Part shown: piece after piece, positions 1 to 9,982 of the stretch
Position numbering within the stretch: position 1 is the stretch's first letter
Layout: the number at the start of each line of letters is the position of its first letter
Origin: an uncultured archaeon
GTDB taxonomy: Archaea; Thermoproteota; Nitrososphaeria; Nitrososphaerales; Gagatemarchaeaceae
Direction: 5' to 3'
Assembly: GCA_963796425.1 (NCBI GenBank)
Contig: CAWCLN010000007.1
Coordinates: forward strand, 7,479-71,478
Length of the DNA stretch: 64,000 nt
Translations under genes and position numbers: made by a program
The notes under the pieces: model-generated
What the model saw: the letters and a program-made list of their open reading frames with translations, nothing else
What the model was told of the DNA's origin: nothing
The model's database searches: none

Positions 1-126
1 ATAGGTCAATCACGAACCTGCATGCTTCTACTGAAGAAGGCGCATCTGGGGGAGGTCAGCGTCACAGTGTGGCCCCAGGTCCTTAAGAACATATGCGAGA
101 AGAGGAACATCCACGTGTTGGAGTAG
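1..126 (+). CDS. 3' end of an upstream gene (partial, product unknown)
   Basis: Frame 1 is open from the window edge to TAG at 124-126 (...WPQVLKNICEKRNIHVLE*). No motif was recognised. Confidence 0.25.
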   Translation: MGQSRTCMLLLKKAHLGEVSVTVWPQVLKNICEKRNIHVLE

Positions 127-138
127 GATTATCGAGAT

Positions 139-876
139 TTGATAATCGACGCTCACGTGCACATAGGCGCGAAGTACGGGTGGAGGTGGACACCCGACAT
201 GGCCCTTAGGCTCATGGACGAAGCTGGCATCGCGATGGCTCTCCCAACAGGACTCGCGGAGGTCCCTGGGGAAGATACGCACGAAGTCGAGGACTTGAAC
301 AGGATGCTGGAAAAGTACCCAAAGAGATTCCCCTTCGGGTTCTTGAGGATGAATCCATGGTACGGAGAGAGGGCAATCGAACTATTCGAGGAAAGCGTGA
401 AGGGCGGCAGGATCAAAGGAATCAAATTCCATCCGGTCAGCGCACCTATTTGGCCAAGCCATCCATTTGCCGTCGCGCTTTGGAAGGCGGCGGCCAAGCA
501 CGGAGCTCCAATCTACATCCACAGTGGAACTGATATGCTCTCGCTTCCGCTACAGATTGGGGCAGCGGCCAAGGCCGCCCCGGAAGCGAAATTCCTTATG
601 GGACACTTCGGCTATTACTTCTATCACGAGGACGCAATCAAGGTAGCCCGAAAATACGACAATGTGTACCTTGAGACAAGCGCTCTGCAGTACCCCGAAG
701 AGGTCAGAAAGGCAGCAGATCTAGTCGGAGCTGACAGAATAGTCTACGGTTCGGATCTCCCGCCCCTGAATCCAATCGTCGAAATAAAGAAACTCGACTA
801 CGCGGGGCTCACGGCGAGCGAAAAGGACAGAATACTCTACAGGAACATTGCCGAGATGATGGAGATCAAGATATGA
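139..876 (+). CDS. Amidohydro_2-type metal-dependent hydrolase (TIM barrel)
   Basis: 245-aa ORF with a TTG start. N-terminal 'IIDAHVHIG' metal-binding motif, plus 'GHFGYYF' and 'VYGSDLPP'. Its stop overlaps the next start (ATGA at 873-876). Confidence 0.8.
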   Translation: MIIDAHVHIGAKYGWRWTPDMALRLMDEAGIAMALPTGLAEVPGEDTHEVEDLNRMLEKYPKRFPFGFLRMNPWYGERAIELFEESVKGGRIKGIKFHPVSAPIWPSHPFAVALWKAAAKHGAPIYIHSGTDMLSLPLQIGAAAKAAPEAKFLMGHFGYYFYHEDAIKVARKYDNVYLETSALQYPEEVRKAADLVGADRIVYGSDLPPLNPIVEIKKLDYAGLTASEKDRILYRNIAEMMEIKI

Positions 877-1637
877 CACTTCGCATCATTGACTCGCACT
901 GCCACCTTGGAGAAAGCGTGTACGGACGCAAATCGACTCCCGAGAACCTAATCAAGCTCATGGACAAGAACCACGTCCAGAAGGCCGTAGTCTTCCCCTT
1001 CACACCTCCCGACCTCGACTTCAGGCGCGCGAACGACTATATTTCCAAGGCTGTCAGCAAGTATCCAAATAGATTCATCGGATTTGGCAGGGTTGATCCC
1101 AGACAGGTCAGCACTGCGGTCGCTGAAGTCGAGAGGATAGTCACAAAGCTGAGACTGAAAGGTCTCAAGGTCCATCCATTTGAGCAAGCGTTTCGAATCA
1201 ACTCGGACCACGTGCGTCCAGTCTTCAAGAAGTGCTCCTCCCTGGGTATTCCCGTCTTCACTTCCGCGGGAGCTCCAGCCGTTTCCACTCCTTCCCAGGT
1301 GGGGGACCTGGCTTCTGAGCTCCCAGACCTCGCTATCATCGCCGCCCATTGCGGCCAACTGGATGGAAGTGGAATGGGAGAGTTCTATGCACTTGCCGCA
1401 CTCCGGGAAAACCCTAACCTCTACGTCGAAACGTCAGGGTTCCCCGAGACAAGACTCGACGGATTCTGGGAAATGGTAATCAAAGCAGTAGGGGCCAAAC
1501 GCTTGGTATTCGGAAGTGACAGCCCTGAGATGAACCTCGCGGTGGAAATCATGCGCGTCACCGCCACCGATATGACCAAGTCTCAACAAGCTCAGGTCTT
1601 GGGCGGCAATCTCGCGAAGATTCTCGACCTGGCGTAG
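873..1637 (+). CDS. Amidohydro_2-type metal-dependent hydrolase (paralogue)
   Basis: 254-aa ORF with 'IIDSHCHLGE', 'AAHCGQ' and 'VFGSDSPE'. Translationally coupled to the preceding gene. Confidence 0.8.
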   Translation: MTLRIIDSHCHLGESVYGRKSTPENLIKLMDKNHVQKAVVFPFTPPDLDFRRANDYISKAVSKYPNRFIGFGRVDPRQVSTAVAEVERIVTKLRLKGLKVHPFEQAFRINSDHVRPVFKKCSSLGIPVFTSAGAPAVSTPSQVGDLASELPDLAIIAAHCGQLDGSGMGEFYALAALRENPNLYVETSGFPETRLDGFWEMVIKAVGAKRLVFGSDSPEMNLAVEIMRVTATDMTKSQQAQVLGGNLAKILDLA

Positions 1638-1700
1638 ACGCGACGCAGGCCGTTGGCGTCAGTCTCATTCTTATAGCATTCGCGCCGCTGTCATTCCAAG

Positions 1701-2732
1701 TTGGGCGAGTCGGGAACCAGTGGTGTGAATCAGAAACTGATTAATAGACAATTCAGTCGAGCGGCCTCGGCGAAAAGGCAAGTGAAGAACCAACTGCGAC
1801 CTGGAATCATTGTCCACGGGGGGGTTGACACACTCATGGAGGGAGCACAAGCAGAGGGAGTCACAGCGGCGGGTGCCGAGGGAATGAGAATCCTACAGCG
1901 TGGGGGTTCGGCATTGGACGCGGTGGAGAACGCGGTGAAGATCATGGAGGACGCCGGAGTGTTCGACGCGGGATCTGGGTCAGTTCTCTGTTCGGATGGA
2001 AAAATACGGATGCATGCGGCTGTAATGGATGGACGCACACTCACAGCGGGTGCCGTCATTCTCATCCGCGAGGTGAAGAATCCAGTTTCAGTGGCCAGGA
2101 TGGTCATGGAGAAAACCGACCACGTGATTCTTGGAGGCGATGGTGCCACCACGTTTGCTCATTCGATGGGTTTCCCTCGTTATACTCGAGTGCTTGAGAA
2201 CAGAAGAAAGGAATTCGAGGCATTCAAGCGGCAGTTCGAAGCTGGTGAAACCACAGACTACTTCTTGGACTGGAGATACTATAGGAAAGCAAAGGAGCTC
2301 AGAAAGAAGCACCCTGAAATCTTCGGCGGAGACACGGTTGGGGCTGTCGCGGTTGACAAGAACGGGAACGTCGCTGGAGCGACCTCCACGGGGGGGATGC
2401 TCCTTCAGATGCCAGGACGGGTTGGCGATACTGGAATACTGGGAAGCGGAATGTATGCCCAAAACGAATCCGGTGCCGTCGCAGTCACTGGTTCGGGTGA
2501 GACAAGCATAAGGTACGGCATTGCGAGGCAGGTTTGTGTCCACATGCAAGGAGGAGACAGGCCGCAGACCGCCGTCGACAGAGCCTTGAGTGACGTTACT
2601 CGAAGAGATGATGTCCCGTTGGGACTGATAGCCATCAATTCCAGGGGGGAGGCTGGGGTCGTGTTCAACACGAAAGGAATGGCGTATTCGCACTTCAATG
2701 CGATGAGTAGAGTATTTCCGTCCTCAAAGTGA
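1701..2732 (+). CDS. Isoaspartyl peptidase / L-asparaginase (Ntn hydrolase, asparaginase_2 family)
   Basis: Contains 'IIVHGGV' and the autoprocessing nucleophile region 'GDTVGAVAVDKNGNVAGATSTGG'. The ORF begins with TTG at 1701. The GTG at 1782 (VKNQLRPGIIVHGG) is an equally plausible start. Confidence 0.85.
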   Translation: MGESGTSGVNQKLINRQFSRAASAKRQVKNQLRPGIIVHGGVDTLMEGAQAEGVTAAGAEGMRILQRGGSALDAVENAVKIMEDAGVFDAGSGSVLCSDGKIRMHAAVMDGRTLTAGAVILIREVKNPVSVARMVMEKTDHVILGGDGATTFAHSMGFPRYTRVLENRRKEFEAFKRQFEAGETTDYFLDWRYYRKAKELRKKHPEIFGGDTVGAVAVDKNGNVAGATSTGGMLLQMPGRVGDTGILGSGMYAQNESGAVAVTGSGETSIRYGIARQVCVHMQGGDRPQTAVDRALSDVTRRDDVPLGLIAINSRGEAGVVFNTKGMAYSHFNAMSRVFPSSK

Positions 2733-2933
2733 GAAACGCCCTTAGCGTGCTGGCAGTGGGCTTGCGATGGGACTCGAGCCCTCACCATCTGGGGTCTTGA
2801 ATAATCAGCGTTCGCGATGATGAACTTGAGCGAGAGTCTCCACGGTCCCAACCGGACTTTCTGATCTAGGCCATCTTCTCAATCTGCAAGGGAAAGGCAT
2901 TAAAGCTCAAAGCTGGCGGGCTTACTGCACCAA

Positions 2934-3800
2934 TTGGACGTAGTCCAAAACATCGTGTCGGCACTTGTGTATGGGGTGCTCGCGGGAGGCAGGTTTTCGC
3001 TCATAGCCCTAGGGCTATCCCTGATTTTCGGTGTTGCCAACCTCATTGATTACACGTACGTGGCATACATCGCCGTGGCAGGCTATCTCTTCTACACCGT
3101 CGACCCTCTAGCTGGACCACTTCTCGGGATGCTGATTGTGGTGCTTGCCGTCATACCCATGGCTCTCTTTGTTGAGAGATTCTTGATTCGGCCATTGAAG
3201 AGTTCGGGCAACCAGGTCATGATGGTGACGTTTGGAGTTTCTCTCTTTACCCAATACGCAATTTCACTCATCTGGGGATCCCTGACGCTTGCAGTGCCTT
3301 CATTCCTTCCGGGCGCTGTTTCCATACTGGGTAACATCACTTCAATGCAGAGCTTCGCTATCTTGCCCGCTTCTATCGCAATCTCACTGGCTACGATATT
3401 CTTCATTGATTACACTCGAAGGGGGAAATCCATCGTGGCTGTATCTCAGGATACCGAGGCTGCTTGGCTGGTCGGGGTCAATGTCAGTTCGACGATGGCA
3501 CTGACCATTGTAATTGGCGCAGTGCTGGCCGCGGCGGCCTCTGTAATCTCCGCTCCGACGATCGGCGAAACTCCAGCGATGGGCTGGAGTCCATTCATAA
3601 TTGCGTTCGTGGTGGTCGTCTTCGGTGGGCTTGGGAGCATAAAGAGCAGTGTCGTGGCTTCATACATCTATGGCATTATCCTGAATTTCGGTATTGTATT
3701 CATAGGGTCGCAATGGTCTGATGTCATAGGTTTTGTGATTCTCATTGCTATTCTACTGGTGCGGCCTGAGGGGGTCTTGGGTAGGCGTGCTTCGAGGTAG
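2934..3800 (+). CDS. livH: Branched-chain amino acid ABC transporter permease (LivH type)
   Basis: 288-aa polytopic membrane ORF with typical LivH N-terminus and length. First gene of the permease-permease-ATPase-ATPase-binding protein order. Confidence 0.85.
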   Translation: MDVVQNIVSALVYGVLAGGRFSLIALGLSLIFGVANLIDYTYVAYIAVAGYLFYTVDPLAGPLLGMLIVVLAVIPMALFVERFLIRPLKSSGNQVMMVTFGVSLFTQYAISLIWGSLTLAVPSFLPGAVSILGNITSMQSFAILPASIAISLATIFFIDYTRRGKSIVAVSQDTEAAWLVGVNVSSTMALTIVIGAVLAAAASVISAPTIGETPAMGWSPFIIAFVVVVFGGLGSIKSSVVASYIYGIILNFGIVFIGSQWSDVIGFVILIAILLVRPEGVLGRRASR

Positions 3801-4767
3801 CAGTCCCGCCGTACGCCGATCTGTCTATCTGCTGCTGGTGATTGTGGCGATGATCTTCGTTGTGTCGTTCTTCTCCAATGATTACATCTTCACCGTGCTC
3901 TTCTTCGCGAATATCTTTGCCATAGGTGCGGCGAGCTGGGACATACTGGCAGGATACGCAGGCCAACTCAGCTTCGGAAACGTCGTCTTCTACGGAATCG
4001 GAGGCTACTCCATTGGTCTCCTCTCAGCCTATTTCAGCGGTAAGCAATCCTCTCTACTCGGAGGCGGAAGCTCCGCCTACTCGTTTCTCGCTAATCCGAT
4101 AGTATCAATTTGCATTGGGATTGGAATCTCAATGGGTCTGGCTGTCCTCATTGGTTTCGCTGCAATTCGTTTGCGCGGACCTTACTTAGCCATTGTCACA
4201 TTCATGTTGGGCATAATCCTGCAGGAGTTGATAGTGATATACGGCAAGTACACTGGGGGGCAGTTCGGGGTTTCAATTCCCGATGCCTTTGCAAACGCCA
4301 GATTCTCTTTCTACGTCTCGCTTATCGCAATGGCGGCCAGTGTCCTGGCTCTGATTCTCATTACCGGGTCACGCTATGGACTGTACTTCAGGGCAATCAG
4401 GGATGACGAGGTTCAGGCGCAAGCCACCGGAATCAATCCCACCAAGTACAAACTGATGGCGTTTGCAGTGAGCGCCGCGTTCACTAGTCTGGCAGGGAGC
4501 ATCTATGTTCTCTCCTACGGGATAGTGAACTACGACGTCTTTAGCTACACGACAAGCCTGCAATGGATTGAGATGAGCGTTATTGGAGGGCCAGGGACAA
4601 TCGTCGGGTCGCTGATAGGATCCTATTTCATTCAAGTCCTTGTCGAATTACTGAGAATATCCCAGACCTACAGCCTGATCATATTCGCCGTGGTATTCAT
4701 AATCGTCATCCGATTCTTTCCACAGGGACTCCTGGGCTTCATAAAGAGAGCGTTACGCTGGAAGTGA
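3787..4767 (+). CDS. livM: Branched-chain amino acid ABC transporter permease (LivM type)
   Basis: Motif 'ILAGYAGQLSFGNVVFYGIGGYS'. The tracked ORF starts at 3745. I prefer the GTG at 3787, which gives basic residues before the first TM and a 14-nt overlap with livH. The start is uncertain. Confidence 0.8.
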   Translation: MLRGSSPAVRRSVYLLLVIVAMIFVVSFFSNDYIFTVLFFANIFAIGAASWDILAGYAGQLSFGNVVFYGIGGYSIGLLSAYFSGKQSSLLGGGSSAYSFLANPIVSICIGIGISMGLAVLIGFAAIRLRGPYLAIVTFMLGIILQELIVIYGKYTGGQFGVSIPDAFANARFSFYVSLIAMAASVLALILITGSRYGLYFRAIRDDEVQAQATGINPTKYKLMAFAVSAAFTSLAGSIYVLSYGIVNYDVFSYTTSLQWIEMSVIGGPGTIVGSLIGSYFIQVLVELLRISQTYSLIIFAVVFIIVIRFFPQGLLGFIKRALRWK

Positions 4768-4779
4768 GATTGAGGATCT

Positions 4780-5508
4780 ATGTCCACAGCTGATGTCCTA
4801 ACAGTAAGCGGCCTTACGAAGAGGTTCGGCGGAGTCACCGCGGTCAACGATCTCTCCTTTGCGCTGACGAAGGGAGAGATGGTCGGTATCGTCGGTCCGA
4901 ACGGCGCGGGGAAGACGACCATCTTCAATCTCATCACCGGCTTCCTAAGAAAGGATTCGGGTTCCATATTCTTTGACGGGAGGGAAATCTCCAACGAGAG
5001 TCCCTATAAGATCAGTCTGTCTGGGATTTCTCGGACGTTCCAACAGGTCCGTTCCTTCCAAGGGCTGACCGTGCTGGAGACTGCAAGCCTACCCCTTGCC
5101 ATCAGGCACAGGCATGTGGACAGGGCGAGACTTCTGGAGCTTCTCGGCTCAGTCGGGCTCGGTGGAAAGGAGAACGTGATGACGAGCGCGTTGACCTACG
5201 TCGAGGCAAAGAGCCTGGAGATAGCCAAGTCAATCGTGATAGATCCAAAACTCCTGCTTCTGGACGAGCCGTTTGGGGGCCTTAATGTCCACGAAATCGG
5301 GATTATGACTTCGGTGATCCGTCGCCAGAGGGACGAGGGGCGCACCTGCATAATAATAGAGCACCGGCTGGCTGAGCTGTTTGCTCTCGTTCGGAGGCTG
5401 ATTGTGGTGGATTTCGGACAGAAGATTGCTGATGGAGATCCTCGGGAGGTCGTCAAGAGAGAGAACGTAATCGAGGCATACATAGGGAAGGAAGAGAAGA
5501 AAGAATGA
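4780..5508 (+). CDS. livG: Branched-chain amino acid ABC transporter ATP-binding protein (LivG type)
   Basis: Walker A 'GPNGAGKTTIFNLITG' and 'LLLLDEPFGGL'. ATGA overlap with livF at 5505-5508. Confidence 0.9.
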   Translation: MSTADVLTVSGLTKRFGGVTAVNDLSFALTKGEMVGIVGPNGAGKTTIFNLITGFLRKDSGSIFFDGREISNESPYKISLSGISRTFQQVRSFQGLTVLETASLPLAIRHRHVDRARLLELLGSVGLGGKENVMTSALTYVEAKSLEIAKSIVIDPKLLLLDEPFGGLNVHEIGIMTSVIRRQRDEGRTCIIIEHRLAELFALVRRLIVVDFGQKIADGDPREVVKRENVIEAYIGKEEKKE

Positions 5509-6269
5509 TGCTCAAAGTTGAAGATCTTGTCGTGAAATATGGAGCGGCGACAGCCGTTCATGGAGTAAGCCTGTTGGTCGAGGAGAACAAGTGTGTGTTA
5601 TTGGTGGGTCCAAACGGAGCCGGCAAGAGCACCATCCTGAAGACGGTATCGGGTCTCGTCAGGCCCACAGAAGGGCAGATACTGTTCCAAGACAAACCGA
5701 TTCAAGTCACAGGCAACGGAAAACGAGAAGCAATCTCAACCCTCCCCAATGCCATTGTGAAGATGGGCCTGATTCATTGCCCCGAGGGAAGGCACTTGTT
5801 TCCGCAGATGACCGTGCTGGACAACCTGAGACTCGGGGCATTCACCATCAAGGACCGTGCAGGGTACCAGACCCAGCTCGGACAGGTTCTTGAATGGTTC
5901 CCACAGCTCAAGGACAGGTTGCGTCAGAGGGCCGGGACCCTTAGCGGCGGAGAGCAACAGATGCTTGCTATTGGGAGAGCGCTGATGTCCCGACCGAAGT
6001 TGCTTCTACTCGATGAACCTTCTCTCGGCCTGAGTCTGAAGATGAAACAGGCAGTATTTGCCGGGGTCCAAACGATAAGGAAGTCTGGAATCACCATTGT
6101 CCTAGTCGAGCAAGATGTCCACGCTGTGTCGAGTATCTCTGACTACATGTACGTGATGACGGCGGGCAAGATTTCTGCCGAGGGTAAGCCTGACGAAGTC
6201 CTTTCCCAGAAGGAGTTCATGGCCACATACCTTGGCACTCTCGACTCTGGCGCCAATGGTTCAAGATAG
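5505..6269 (+). CDS. livF: Branched-chain amino acid ABC transporter ATP-binding protein (LivF type)
   Basis: Walker A 'GPNGAGKSTILK', ABC signature 'LSGGEQQMLAIGRAL' and 'LLLLDEPSLGL'. Confidence 0.9.
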   Translation: MMLKVEDLVVKYGAATAVHGVSLLVEENKCVLLVGPNGAGKSTILKTVSGLVRPTEGQILFQDKPIQVTGNGKREAISTLPNAIVKMGLIHCPEGRHLFPQMTVLDNLRLGAFTIKDRAGYQTQLGQVLEWFPQLKDRLRQRAGTLSGGEQQMLAIGRALMSRPKLLLLDEPSLGLSLKMKQAVFAGVQTIRKSGITIVLVEQDVHAVSSISDYMYVMTAGKISAEGKPDEVLSQKEFMATYLGTLDSGANGSR

Positions 6270-6498
6270 TCCCTAAAGACTGTCTTGCCAAATCAAGAGA
6301 AGGCGACCTGCCCTAGTGCTCTCTCAGGATACCGGCTCCCGTTCGTCTTAGGGCAATTTGAGCAAAGGATCCTTGGACGGGTCCAAAAATCGTGTCACTT
6401 CTACAGGCTGAGTGGTCCGGTGTTGTCTCTCTTCTCGGAAGTGGGGAATCAACCAACACTTAATACAGGCTTTGAGGCCGTTTGGTGCGAGAAAAATA

Positions 6499-7878
6499 AT
6501 GAATCTCAATTCAAACAAACACATTGGAATTGCACGGATGACCGCAGTCATCATAGTCATCGTCTTGATCGCTGTCGCTGCTGTCGCGATATATGGCTAC
6601 TCTTCAATATCATCTTCAACCACATCTTCAACTACATCTTCAACTTCAAGCACTTCCTCGTCCTCTACTCTCGGTTCTCCGATCATCGTCGGTGTAGCCG
6701 AGGACACGAACGGAGAAGTGGGTCCAGGCATCATAAAGGCAATTCAGCTGGGCGTCAATCAGATAAACGCCCAGGGAGGTGTTCTCCTCAACGGCCAGTA
6801 TCATGACCTCCAGGTGGTCACTGAAAACACACAGGAAGAGCAGTCTAGTTTCGTCCCAGCGGACGTAACCACGGCTGTTACCAAGCTGATCAGTGTCGAC
6901 CATGCGAATGTCATCATGGGAGGTTACGGAGGATCTGGCTACATACCTCCTCTCGCCCAACAGTACAAGGTCGTCTACATCTCTGGCTCTGGTGGTTCGA
7001 TCAACTCCTCTCAAACAGGACCTAACAACCAGTACAACTACACCTTCCAGGACCAAATCGACGTCAGAGGCTGGGGCACCTACGAATCTTACGCCCTGCT
7101 CTACTACGCACTGAAATACCATGCAACACAAGTCGCTTGGGTGACTGAAGACCAGGCCTTCTTCCACACACACGAACAGCAAGCTCACGACCTGTTGGCA
7201 GCACACGGCATCACAATCGACCCAGTCATCTACTTCCCTACAACCCAAACTGATTTCACTGCGATTATGCAGCAGATCAGACAGTCAAATGACCCTGTAA
7301 CCTTTGACGGGTTCATCGTAGCAAACTCTGCGCCATTCATGACTCAATGGAGGGACACGCAAGTGCCTACCTTCCTACTGGGACTTGACAACCCTGGAGG
7401 GCTGCCCGGTGTCTGCAACTCGACGAATGGCTTGTACAACTACCTGGTAGACTTGGAGGGACTGGAAAGTGTTCCTCTAACCAACCTAACCTTGTCATTC
7501 TTCAACGCGTACACCTCGTTCATGGGTAGAGCTCCCAACACCTACGACGCCAACTACTACACTGGTGTGCTCATGTTCGCGCACGCCGTCGCGAAGGCTA
7601 ATAGCCTCAACTCAGCCAAGCTCGCCCAAACCATCCACGCCGGTGCGTGGAATGGTGTGCAAGGTACGATCACCTTCAACGCCAACAACTTTGTACCCGT
7701 CCCTGACATCACCATCACTACCTCCCCACTGACGATCACGGTCGGGGCTGGATTCGACATGCTGTTCACTCAATGGCAGCCCAAGGGTTCGAACGGGTGC
7801 TCACAGGTCGTCGTTTTCCCTCCTCAATTCCAGCAAGCTCCAACTGTGTATCCTACCTGGTGGCAACCTCCAGCTTAG
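6499..7878 (+). CDS. Type-I periplasmic-binding-protein fold substrate-binding protein (LivK-like), N-terminally membrane anchored
   Basis: The ATG at 6499 gives 'MNLNSNKHIGIARMTAVIIVIVLIAVAAVAIYGY' (TM anchor). A Ser/Thr linker 'SSISSSTTSSTTSSTSSTSSSST' follows, then 'VGVAEDTNGEVGPGIIKAIQLGVNQINAQGGV'. The tracked ORF start at 6412 is probably too far upstream. Confidence 0.8.
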   Translation: MNLNSNKHIGIARMTAVIIVIVLIAVAAVAIYGYSSISSSTTSSTTSSTSSTSSSSTLGSPIIVGVAEDTNGEVGPGIIKAIQLGVNQINAQGGVLLNGQYHDLQVVTENTQEEQSSFVPADVTTAVTKLISVDHANVIMGGYGGSGYIPPLAQQYKVVYISGSGGSINSSQTGPNNQYNYTFQDQIDVRGWGTYESYALLYYALKYHATQVAWVTEDQAFFHTHEQQAHDLLAAHGITIDPVIYFPTTQTDFTAIMQQIRQSNDPVTFDGFIVANSAPFMTQWRDTQVPTFLLGLDNPGGLPGVCNSTNGLYNYLVDLEGLESVPLTNLTLSFFNAYTSFMGRAPNTYDANYYTGVLMFAHAVAKANSLNSAKLAQTIHAGAWNGVQGTITFNANNFVPVPDITITTSPLTITVGAGFDMLFTQWQPKGSNGCSQVVVFPPQFQQAPTVYPTWWQPPA

Positions 7879-7898
7879 TGGGTGTTTGCCACTCCGCC

Positions 7899-7907
7899 TT
7901 TTTTCTT
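7899..7907 (+). terminator. Oligo-T tract, candidate archaeal terminator
   Basis: 'ttttttctt' lies 21 nt after the binding-protein stop, between convergent genes. Confidence 0.3.
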
Positions 7908-7967
7908 CGAGTAAACTAGTCGGCTAGGGATCGCGCCCCAGATTGGAGTTTCGGTGGATTTCCTCGC

Positions 7968-9140
7968 CTAGTCTGTGTTTGCGAATTCGAGCACAAGACT
8001 TGCGAGTGACTCGGCTCCGCACTTTAGGACGTCTTCGTCCACCTTGAATCTTGAGCTATGGTTGGGATAGACGCAGCCTTTCCTCGGGTTGCGCGTTCCA
8101 AGAAAATAGAACGTTCCCGGCACGAGCTCGAGGAATCGCGAAAAGTCCTCCCCGGCTAGAACGGGTTTCATCTCAACTGTCCTGGTGCCTTTCAGCTTCT
8201 TGAGGACATCGAAGACACGCGACGTTGCTCTAGGGTCATTGCGTGTGACTGGGTTAGCATCTGGCATGAACTCGATGTCACATGAGGCACCGAACGAAGC
8301 AGAGACCGATTTCACTATTCGACGAGTAAGCTTCAAGACCCTGGCACGAGTCTTCTCATCCAGAGCTCTTATGGTGCCCTCGAGCACTGCGTCATCCGGT
8401 ATGATGTTATTCTTCGTTCCCGAATGGATGGAACAGACTGAGATTGCCAGAGATTCGATTGGATCTATCATTCTTGCCCTCATTCCATAGATTGCCTCGA
8501 TCACCTTCGTCGCGACGAAGATGGGGTCGACCGTTTCATGGGGCGCCGAGCCGTGACCTCCTCTTCCCACAATCCTGATTTTGAAGAAGTCGGAGGAAGC
8601 CATGAATGGGCCTGGCTTTACCCCGAAGACCTTGGAGGGCAGGCCAGCCCAGATATGAAGTCCGAAAACGTAGTCAACTTTCGGGTTTTGCATGACGCCG
8701 TCCTCAATCATGGGCTCAGCGCCCCCCCGCCCACCCGCTTCCTCAGCAGGCTGGAAGATGAATTTCACAGAACCCTTCAGTTCGTCCCTATGGTCGACGA
8801 GGACTCTTGCAGCTCCAAGGAGCATGGCAACATGGGTGTCATGGCCGCAGGCGTGCATCACTCCCTTGACTCTGGATTTGAAGGGCTCAGCCGTCTTCTC
8901 TTCCATGGGAAGTGCATCCATGTCAGCCCGCAACGCCACGACCTTCCCGCCGCCTCTCCCCTGCAGAAGAGCAGCTACCCCGGTCCCTCCGACCCCTTCC
9001 TTCACTTCCAGCCCAAGAAGTCTCAGCCTGTCTGCAATGAATCGAGCCGTCTTGAACTCCTTGTAAGATAGCTCCGGATTCTCATGTAGTCGCCTCCTAT
9101 CACTGACTATCTGATCTTCATATCGCGAATTCAAGCTCAT
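7968..9140 (-). CDS. M20-family amidohydrolase (N-acyl-L-amino acid amidohydrolase / hippurate hydrolase type)
   Basis: Contains 'RRRLHENPELSYKEFKTARFIADRL' and 'MHACGHDTH'. I prefer the internal ATG at 9140 (MSLNSRYEDQ...) over the ORF start at 9179. Confidence 0.85.
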   Translation of the reverse strand: MSLNSRYEDQIVSDRRRLHENPELSYKEFKTARFIADRLRLLGLEVKEGVGGTGVAALLQGRGGGKVVALRADMDALPMEEKTAEPFKSRVKGVMHACGHDTHVAMLLGAARVLVDHRDELKGSVKFIFQPAEEAGGRGGAEPMIEDGVMQNPKVDYVFGLHIWAGLPSKVFGVKPGPFMASSDFFKIRIVGRGGHGSAPHETVDPIFVATKVIEAIYGMRARMIDPIESLAISVCSIHSGTKNNIIPDDAVLEGTIRALDEKTRARVLKLTRRIVKSVSASFGASCDIEFMPDANPVTRNDPRATSRVFDVLKKLKGTRTVEMKPVLAGEDFSRFLELVPGTFYFLGTRNPRKGCVYPNHSSRFKVDEDVLKCGAESLASLVLEFANTD

Positions 9141-9333
9141 CGACAATGTCTCATTGGTCCTGGTGCTCACACACTTCAAAAAACCTTGCGACTGACCAAT
9201 TCCATGGCCCGTGAGTTCCGACCACGATCCTCCTTGTCAGACCAGTCCCTTAACACGATCGTCCTTTCACCATTAGATCGCGTGAATCTCGAGACCCTCC
9301 TTGTGAGTTGGATTCAGAGAGGTAGCGCGAACA

Positions 9334-9729
9334 TCAACGCGCATGATACTCGCCGAGTTGCACAACTCCAATGATTGCGTCCCCTTCGACGCTGCAAATC
9401 GCGTGGCCCTTACCCACTGTATCCTCCAATAGCAAGACATCCCCCTGCTTGAAGAGCCTCTTCCCGTCTCTCGTTACTGAACATTCAATCTTGCCAAACA
9501 GAACAATCAGGAATTGTCTGTGTGGGGCAGGGTGCCAGCCACCCCGCCAGCTCGCTCGCATCACCATGAACGCCAGACGTTCGGCCGGGATGAACTCTGA
9601 TAGTTCCAAAGGCGGTGCTGGCGGTGCAAAGTCCATGGACTTGGTTTCAACATCTACGTTGCCGAAATGAGACTCTCCGCTGGAGTCGGAGTATACTCGA
9701 ACATATCGTGTCCCAGTTCTCTTGCTCAT
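9334..9729 (-). CDS. Cupin-domain protein
   Basis: Beta-barrel-like C-terminus 'GDVLLLEDTVGKGHAICSVEGDAIIGVVQL'. The ATG at 9729 sits about 27 nt downstream of a TATA-like box. The tracked ORF starts at GTG 9750. Confidence 0.55.
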   Translation of the reverse strand: MSKRTGTRYVRVYSDSSGESHFGNVDVETKSMDFAPPAPPLELSEFIPAERLAFMVMRASWRGGWHPAPHRQFLIVLFGKIECSVTRDGKRLFKQGDVLLLEDTVGKGHAICSVEGDAIIGVVQLGEYHAR

Positions 9730-9752
9730 CAACCTCTTGGCTCTAAACACTT

Positions 9753-9760
9753 CTATTAAA
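9753..9760 (-). promoter_or_regulatory. TATA-like box for the cupin gene (leaderless geometry)
   Basis: The minus strand reads 'tttaatag', centred about 27 nt upstream of ATG 9729. Confidence 0.35.
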
Positions 9761-9982
9761 TGCTCTTCTGGTCAATCAAATATCAGCGTGGCCGAAGCCA
9801 CGACGTGAGCCTTGAACTCGAGTCATGAAATAGGTTACGCTGTGCCGCATATCCACAATGGACCACGCTGGGCCTACCGGCTTGGTGGTGATGGGGCGAG
9901 CAGTCGCACAACTGAAGTCATGCGTCGGCGACAGCGGAACCGGTGACATGGCTTCAGTAGCGTTTGCTTCGAGTTTGGAGGT

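Noticed and set aside
2851-2928. RNase P RNA-like strings in the 201-bp asparaginase-livH spacer: 'agaaagtccgg' on the minus strand (2851-2863) and 'cgggcttac' on the plus strand (2915-2928).
   Set aside because: The two motifs are on opposite strands, neither matches the full P4 consensus, and the spacer is too short for an RNase P RNA.
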